Below, one piece after another: positions 26,256 to 34,065 of a stretch of DNA of 34,065 bases (the stretch's first letter is position 1; every line of letters starts with the position of its first letter). Source of the DNA: Welwitschia mirabilis (taxonomy: Eukaryota); NCBI GenBank assembly GCA_051453625.1, contig JBOZIK010000001.1, forward strand, positions 25,007,948 to 25,042,012, in the 5' to 3' direction. The notes beneath the pieces were generated by a model. It was not told the origin of the DNA. It was given only the letters and a program-made list of their open reading frames with translations, and searched no databases. The position numbers were made by a program, and so were the translations under genes.

Positions 26256-26785
26256 TGTAGAAAAATTAGAAATAGCTACATAGATATGAAATTATTATCA
26301 TAAAAAAATTTCTATAAAAATAGAAACTTTAGGTAACTAATAAAACTTTAAAAAATGCATACAAATCTAAAACTAGCTACTAAAATAAAACTTGCACAAA
26401 GCCAAAAAAAAAAAACATAAAGAAAGATGATTTCTATTTTAGTTTTAATGTTTCATCTCTTTTGTCCTCTTTTGAATTGCAACTTACAAAAAAATTATTA
26501 GACTTGCAACATAAAAGATCTAATATGGAAAATGAATTTTAGGTTAGATCAAAATCTAGATAAAACTTAGAAAAGGATCAATTTTGGTATTACTAGTAAC
26601 AGATTATTATCACCATTAGGGATAATAGAAGATTAAAGAGATACTCAAAAGGAATAGTACTAGTTTGGATATCACTAGTAATGATTACTATCAACCACTG
26701 GAAGACTGAAAGAAATTACAAGAAAAAAAAGTTATACTCCTTTTAAGAAGCTATCATATCATTATTCCTAGCAATAGTGCCAAAA
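26256..26785 (-). repeat. Spacer 1: PBS plus 5' leader following LTR C
   Basis: Homologous to 28173-28570 (shared aaaatagaaactttagg, taaaactagctactaaaataaa, aaaagatctaatatggaaaat, ttttaggttagatcaaaatcta). Confidence 0.9.
26765..26782 (-). promoter_or_regulatory. Primer-binding site, tRNA-Asp (Athila) type
   Basis: - strand TGGCACTATTGCTAGGAA versus the Athila consensus TGGCGCCGTTGCCGGGGA. All six differences are C>T or G>A, five at CpG. It lies 3 nt after the LTR-terminal CA. Confidence 0.82.
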
Positions 26786-28172
26786 TGTATTTACCCAAAT
26801 ATTTTCATTATAGTTAAAGGTAAACATTAATAAAATAAACTAAATAAATACCCACTATCATTCTTCCATAAGGATAAATTGAGGTGAGATTAAACAGAGG
26901 TAATATAGACTTCTCTAACTTGTAATGAAATCAAAACAAAAACTAAAAATAGAGATTGATAAGAAATTAGACTTAGGTGGTAGAGTAGAAAGACAAACTA
27001 ATTTTAGAGGTCTAGATTGAATGATCTAAATTTTAATACTTTTAATTCAAAAATATCCTATAAGTTCCTAAAATAATCATAAGATTATTAAGTTATTTAA
27101 GAATCAAATTTGGTTATGTAATCTCATTAGCCACATGAGTATTAGTGAATTACTTAGTCCCTCTTATCCTGCAAATCCCTTCATCAGCATGAAAAGTAGA
27201 AACTATTATGCACAAGATCCATCAAATGATAGAAACTACAAATCTCAAAAGTAACCTCAAGAAACTCACTTGGTAAATGAAAGAAATTAACAATGAAGTT
27301 TTATCTAAGGATTAAAAGTATGAGGTTATGTGCACTAGAAATTAAAAAATGAATAGCTAATTTTATATTAAAATAAGAAATACATTACATTAGAGGATGA
27401 AAATAGAATAATTATAGAATCTTTAAAGATAGTCTCAAAGCCAACTCACTCCAAAAGGGGGATCTCAGAAGGCCATGTTAACTTGGTGCTCTAAGGTTCT
27501 ATCTATTTTTCACCAATTAAATCTCCTCTAGAAATGAGGGTTGAAGGTCCTTTTATAGGTGAGGTAAGGCTTAGAAGCCTTTAGTTTATAATGGTTGGTG
27601 GTAGTTATTACTTAGGTAATTACAATTTTTATCATATAGCTTTGAATGAAGGTTGTCTTCTTATGTTAGATGAAGGTTATCTTCTTCTATTAGGTGGAGG
27701 TTGTTATGATAAGTTTAATACTTGTAATTTAGATAACGATACCTCTACTAACCAATGTTATTACCATGTGTCTCCAATGTTACCATCGTGTCCCTACCAC
27801 ATGTTGTTGCCATGTGTTATTTTACACCTATTCAATGTATCATTGAAGTTGATTGTAGTTTTTTATTTAATTTTTTACTAAGCCCATAAGTGGAATTTAA
27901 TTAGTTTCCCATGACGATTCTAGAACATAGCTTTGGATGCATTCTTCCTTAAAGGACTAGTGGTGCCACTGGCTAGGATGGTAGCACTAACATTTTCCGA
28001 TGGAATTTCTTCATTTTTCATCATGCCTTTTAGAAGGAAGAAATTAATTTGTAATTATCATGGAAAATTTCATATATTTAATACTCATTTTATGATAAAA
28101 TAACTATTATAATATCTTCGACAATGCTGATCAAATATACTTAGTCTGAGTGTCAATGTTTTCATGTAAACA
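26786..28172 (-). repeat. LTR copy C (both termini intact, 1387 bp)
   Basis: + strand TGTATTTA ... TGTAAACA termini, adjacent PBS, and CCTATAAAAGG at 27549-27559 on the - strand. Confidence 0.92.
27549..27559 (-). promoter_or_regulatory. Candidate LTR TATA box
   Basis: CCTATAAAAGG on the - strand. The TATAAAAGG core is at the equivalent position in all four LTR copies (20414, 25609, 27549, 29244). Confidence 0.6.
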
Positions 28173-28579
28173 TAGGCAGAAAATGAAAATAGCTAAGTAT
28201 ATATGAAATGATTATAATAAAGAACCCTAAAAAAATAGAAACTTTAGGAAACTAAGAAATATGAAAAATACACACATAACTAAAACTAGCTACTAAAATA
28301 AATCTTATAGAAAATAAAATGAGCCACAAAAAAGGTGAAATCTATTTAAGTTTTATTATTCTATTTTTTTAGTTCTCTTTTACATTTTAACCTATAGAAA
28401 AATCATTAGATCTATAATATAAAAGATCTAATATGGAAAATAATTTTTAGGTTAGATCAAAATCTAAATAAAACTCAAAAAAGGACTAATTTAGGTATTA
28501 TTAAAAAATGACTAGTACCCACAACTATAGAAAAAAGAAAATAGAAGATACACTCAAAAGAAAAAGGACCATAAGATGA
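28173..28579 (-). repeat. Spacer 2: 5' leader copy lacking the PBS
   Basis: Aligns to 26256-~26655, then jumps into LTR D. The PBS and the LTR's 3' tip are missing. Confidence 0.88.
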
Positions 28580-29855
28580 GCATCAATAAAATAAACTAGG
28601 TAAGTACCTAATATAATTATTTCATAGGAATAATTTGAGGTAAAACTAAACAAAGGCAATACTAACTTCTCCAACTTGCAACGAAATTAAAACAAAAATT
28701 AAAAATTAAGATTGATATAAAATTAAATTGGTTAATAAAGTAGGAAGATGAACCAACTTTATAGGTCTATCTTGAATAGTTCAACTTGCATTAGTTTTAC
28801 TTTAATAATATCCTGCAATTTTTTGAAAAAATCATAAGACTGTTAAATCATTTAAGGCTTAGATCATGATGATAGAATCTCCTTTACCATATAAATAGTG
28901 GTGAATTACTTAATTCCTCTAATTCTTCATAGCCCTTCATAAGCATGAAAAGTACAAACTATTATGCACAAGATCCATTAAACAATAGCAATCATGAATC
29001 TCAAAAGTAACCTCAAGGAGCTCACTTAATAAAGAAAAGAAATTAATAACATAGTTTGACTTAAGGATTAAAAGTATGAGATTATAAACATTAGAAATAA
29101 AAGAAAAGAAAGACTTCTTAAAGCTAGTCTTGAAGGTAGCTCACTCCAAAAGAGAGAGCTCAAAATGATATGTTGACTTAATATTCTAAGGTTTTAACTA
29201 TTTTTCATTAATTAAAGATCTTCTACAAATGAGGGTTCAAGGCCCTTTTATAGGTGAGCTAAGGATTAGAAGCCTTTGGCTTGTAGTAGTTACTAGTGGT
29301 TACAATTTAGAAAATTACATTTTTTTCTCAAATAACATTAGATGGATGTTGTCTTCTCGTATTAGGTGGAGATAGTCATGATGATTCTAACACTTGGTCT
29401 TTGGATCATGATGCCTCTACAGACTAATGCTATCATGATGTATCTCTAACGTCACTACCATGTCACACATGTTATTTTATATATTCACCATATGTTATTG
29501 AAGTTTATGATTGATTCTAATTTAATTCTAACTAATCCCATAAATAGAATTTTATCATTTCCTCATGAATATTCTAGAACATAACTCTGAAAGCATTCTG
29601 CCTTAAAGAACTAGTGGTGTTAATGGCTAGAACAATAACACCAACTTTTTTTGATGCATTTTCTTAAGTTTTTATCATGTCTTTTAGAAGACAACAATTG
29701 ATCTGAAATTGTCATGGAGAAGTTCATAATTTTATAAATCGTGTATAAAATGGTTGAAGCCATAATTTTATGATCAAACAAATATTTTAATGTCTTCTCC
29801 TATGCTAAATTAATTAAATATACTTGGTCTGAATGTCTATTCTTTCATGTAAACA
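28580..29855 (-). repeat. LTR copy D (3' tip deleted)
   Basis: Colinear with A-C from catcaataaaataaactagg to catgtaaaca, with an internal deletion near 29105. Confidence 0.9.
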
Positions 29856-30767
29856 TTATTATAATTAAAAAAATAGCTTAGAGTAAGTGGAAATAAATTA
29901 GATTTGTTTTAAAATATGATAGAATAAACTACTTTAGTTCTTTAACTTATTTATGTATATTTATTATTTTTATTTATAGAATAAGAAAGGCATAAAAATA
30001 ATATACTCTAGAAATTCATTTTATACAGACTAATTTATATATTTATAATGTTCATGTGTAGAAAGTTATAATATCTATAGTATTAATTCTTATCATAAAC
30101 ATCAACTAAATAAATTAAAAGGGATATAGATGAATCTCATGAAGGAAAAATGTAGCTTCTTTAGATTCCTAGTCTTCCTTCTTTATCAATCACACTTGGT
30201 ATTTAGCTTGTGGAGTTCGATATCTCTCAAAAATGACATACAAATATATAAATCTCATCATTTATATTGAGATAAGTCAAATCTAGGTAAGTTACCTTTA
30301 AAATATTACAATACTTATGGTTTTAAGAATTTCTTAATAATGGAGTAGTCTTATTTAATGAAATGTTTGGTTTAAGATATTTTATTTAAAGACTAAATGA
30401 AGATATTAATTTTTAAACTCAAGTTTAAAAATCTTTGTATTTCATGTATGCACTATGGATTGAAAGGAAATCCTTTAAATGTATGTGAATCCATTAGTAA
30501 CATTTATTCTAAGATAAGAAACATCTAACTTCTAGAGAAGTAAACAAGAAGAATATTAGAAAAATAAATCAATTAAATTGTACTCTAATAACTAAGGATC
30601 TTGAAATTAAAAACATTTTTTAGATCCTTTACGAAGAATCTAGGGGAGAATAAAATAAAAATGAAGAGGGCAGTGTTTAAAATAATGTTAATAATAAAAG
30701 TTTAAATGATAACAAAAAGATACTTAAAGACATAAGTAATGGACTTAGAAATAATGAAGACAAAGCC

Positions 30768-30848
30768 AATGAGTGCACTACCACTACACCTGAGGATAAT
30801 GAGTACATTATCATCATGGATAATGAGTGTACCATTACTAATCTTGAT
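30768..30848. repeat. Three degenerate 24-30 bp tandem units
   Basis: aatgagtgcactaccact... / aatgagtacattatcatc... / aatgagtgtaccattact..., starting at 30768, 30798 and 30822. Confidence 0.7.
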
Positions 30849-31162
30849 TATTAATGCATGTTACAATCTTATAAAAATGAAAAAATTATAGAATAGTGGA
30901 GAAATGATTTTTGAAATAATTCAAAATGAAAGCACAATTTGATAGAACAAGACCTCAATGTTTAATTTAATAACTTGTTTAACACTACTAAGAGAGATAT
31001 TGAGGAATTTATCCAAGATGAAATATTAATAAATATGAAGGTGTATTATGTCATATTCAAATAACTCATATTTGAAATTTACCTACAATAGTTAAATATA
31101 TTGCAAATATATTTGTATTAATCTACAAACATTTTATTTTTATTGGTTTTACTAATTGAGAT

Positions 31163-31325
31163 CCTCATTAGTTTTCTCTTCTTACTTTCTTCTTGTTTGT
31201 ATTTTTTGGATTTCTGATTTATAGTTTGAGTAATGCCTCATCAGTTTCCTTTTCTTACTTTCCTCTTGTTTACCATCTTAGCTTTCCTTCTTACTTTCAT
31301 CTTGTTTCCCTTCTTGGATTTTAAC
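31163..31325. repeat. Three degenerate copies of a pyrimidine-rich motif
   Basis: ttcttacttt(t)c(n)tcttgttt occurs three times (~31179, ~31252, ~31288). Confidence 0.7.
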
Positions 31326-34065
31326 ATTAATAACTTGTTGTTGCTATTATTTGTATTTTATCCAAAAAGTATCATTTTTAAAAAAATTTAAGGAGAAACA
31401 ATGATAGATAATGAATTATTCATTTTGATAAAATTTAAAATTGTAAGAAAAATGTTAAGAAATAGTAAGTTCATTTTAATAAATTAAAAGTTGTACCAAA
31501 ATGAGGTGGTTAAAAAGATTACAAAAGTTAAAAGAATAAGTAGATAAAAATACACAATAACTAAATAAGTTATAAATCTTAATTAATTCATGGCATTATA
31601 TAAAATGAGATAATACAAAATGATTGGAATCAAGGAAAGAAGTTCATGAATTATAGAGAGAAATCACTGATGTAAGAACTAAAGTAATTTCAATGTGTAT
31701 AAGATGTAAAACCATCAACAAGGCTACACTAATAAAACCTATTATTCTAACAAAATACTATAAAGAAGTACTTAACACAAATAATCCAAATTTTTGATGA
31801 AGTTATTAAGGAAAATAAGTTATATTAGAAAACATAGAATAAATTAGCTTTGAAGATTTGCTATGATTTTAAGAAAAATTAATTACTATGAAAACTTTAT
31901 TTATGAAGATTATATTCTTGTAAATAAGACATGAATTTTAGAGGATTGGTGATGCAGAAAAGCATAGTTTTATGAATATGTTTTATAAATGATTAAGTAC
32001 TTTAGTTTTGATATAAATATTAATAATAGGATTATTTTATTTCATTTTATCATCATTATCCTATTTTATCCTTTTTATATATCATCCCATTATATTATGT
32101 TATGATCCTTATGCATAGTCTTTAGATTAAGAATGAGAACATAGAATTTATTTAGTTATGATACATAGTTTTTTATGAGTTATTATCATATAATTCTTCA
32201 TTTTGAATTATTAAACAACATTAATTTAGATATATTATCTATGATATTGCTTATAAAATGAATGTCTTTTAACATGATGCTATGCATGAGCTACATTATT
32301 TATTTCATTAAGTTCTTTACTTGTCATGCAAGTTATATTATCTCATGATATGCATTTTGTTTTCTTATACAAAGGGGTTTACCTATTTATACATGTCTAA
32401 CATAATTGATAATCATTAGAATATGTTATTAGTTGATTATCTTAATTTTAAAAAAAACTAGTATGTAATGATATTTTAATTTGTATTATTACTAAGATGA
32501 TTTATAGTGTTTCTGGATTTTAGTTATACTATTGTTAGTGCACATGAGATTTAATATTTATACTATATTTAAAATGTAGTATATCTATTTTTAAATTAAT
32601 AGATAATAGTATATTTATCTTAATTAATTTTATAATAGTTTTTAAAAATAAAAATGTAGTTATATCTTTTTTTTTCAAAATATTTTCTACTGATCCAATT
32701 TTGGAATGTAAGAATTTTATAGTCTCATAAATTATTCTAATACTATTGTTGATTTATGGAATTAACTATTTTTTAAACTACTTTTCATAATAATTTTCTA
32801 CGAGATTTAACTTTAAGATTTTTTTATCATTTTATGCATTTTTTTATATGATTTAATAATTTACATGTCTTAGCCTATGATATAAATTAATTTTACTATA
32901 AATAGTAAATCTAATCTTAGAATGTAGTACATACACTTCACTAATATTTCTTCATGTGCTTATTAAGTGTAACATGTTATCCATTATTTTGGAGTTTAAA
33001 GACTAACAATGTATTGTGAAAAAAATTCAAAAATAAGTATGTTATTAATTATTATGGTACATGTTGCAAAATTTGGTTTAGTTACTCCTATGCTTAACTC
33101 ATTAGTCTTGATGAGATCCATTTATGTGTTTTTATAACCATACTTGATATATAATAGATAAGAAGTAATAGAACTTTTATTATTTTTAACAATGTTATCT
33201 AAATAATTGTTATTATATTTTATCAATGTAGGTTGGATTAATAGATATAGGTATTGCAAGATCCCTTTGAGAAGCTGAAACATATAGAATTGAAAAAATC
33301 ATAACTTGAAATCATTTTTATTATAATAAAATTAAGATCTTTTGTAATCAGTGGAATTAGGTACATTTCCCTATATGACATTAGGTAATTGAATGATATA
33401 GAAGATACATCACAAATATGTGTGTATGTATGTGTGTAAAAAGTAATATCTATAGGTTGTAATAATACTAAAAGATCACATTAACATGTGTTATCCTATC
33501 ATTATTGCCAACATTCCCCATCTATATAGTGGAAATGTGAAACTTATCATGGTAGAAACCAAACCTTGTACTATTTTTAAGTAAATCAATCATCCTTAAT
33601 GCAATGTTCTCAAGATTTTATTATTATAAATCAACATAGCTACAAAAAGTATAACTCACTAATTTTGGCAATACTTAAGTCATTTAATGAAAATACGATT
33701 TATGCATGTAAAAGGAAAAAATTTCTTTATGACTTAAACTTGTCCTTGTTTCGTGTTTATGGCACTACCCAAAGATATAAAATCTCTCCAACATATGCCA
33801 AATAGCTATGAATAAGTTATTTTGTATGTAGGATTGAAACTATTTGTATTTAACTATGAAACTTTAGATTCATACATGATGACCGCACATAGTCCATGTG
33901 GTTTTTTGAAGTCGCATGATTTTATGATATCAACAATTAGTATCTAATATTATTGGATATAGCAAAACCCTATAACATGATTAAATAACTACTTATCAAT
34001 CCTTAAAAATATTATTGTAGTACTTAATTTATCAATTAAATTTTATTATATTCTTTTTTACTATT

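Noticed and set aside
27591-27881. 96-aa ORF in LTR C
   Set aside because: It lies antisense within an LTR, its periodicity comes from the 24-nt repeat, and the ORF track shows no equivalent in copies A, B or D.
19645-29860. Target-site duplication around the whole A-D structure (ttatt at 19651 and 29856)
   Set aside because: Alignment to copy C places the left ttatt inside LTR A. The true flank (tattt) differs, and such 5-mers are ubiquitous here.
33232-33360. Exon-like segment reading VGLIDIGIARSL (kinase DFG-like)
   Set aside because: A stop follows immediately and no other kinase subdomain is nearby.
1-34065. Fungal RIP as the cause of the AT-richness; CRISPR or other prokaryotic systems
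   Set aside because: The elements are plant lineages (Athila, Tekay) and the diagnosable changes fit CG/CHG deamination. There is no repeat-spacer array or operon-like gene content.

Overview
Very AT-rich, CpG-depleted plant-type repetitive DNA, almost entirely old, decayed Ty3/gypsy LTR retrotransposons, with three assembly gaps. I found no intact host gene, RNA gene or CRISPR array. Left to right: (1) Two different copies of an Athila-lineage pol on the + strand meet at a 100-N gap. The second continues through a decayed env-like ORF with a heptad coiled coil, a PPT and a probable 3' LTR (8789-9862). (2) A near full-length chromoviral (Tekay/Del-type) element lies on the - strand (~9863-17492) with a tRNA-Met PBS, gag, PR-RT-RH-INT, chromodomain and PPT. 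Its 3' LTR appears to be interrupted by the Athila element. (3) Four co-oriented, roughly 80%-identical copies of a ~1.3-1.4 kb LTR lie on the - strand. Copy A follows an Athila-like PPT. Copies B, C and D form a head-to-tail array whose unit is LTR plus about 0.4-0.5 kb of 5' leader, with a tRNA-Asp PBS retained next to C and no PPT. This array is the most unusual structure in the window. (4) The AT-rich tail has faint coding-like remnants. Identities were judged by eye and boundaries are approximate. No new biological system can be claimed from this sequence alone.
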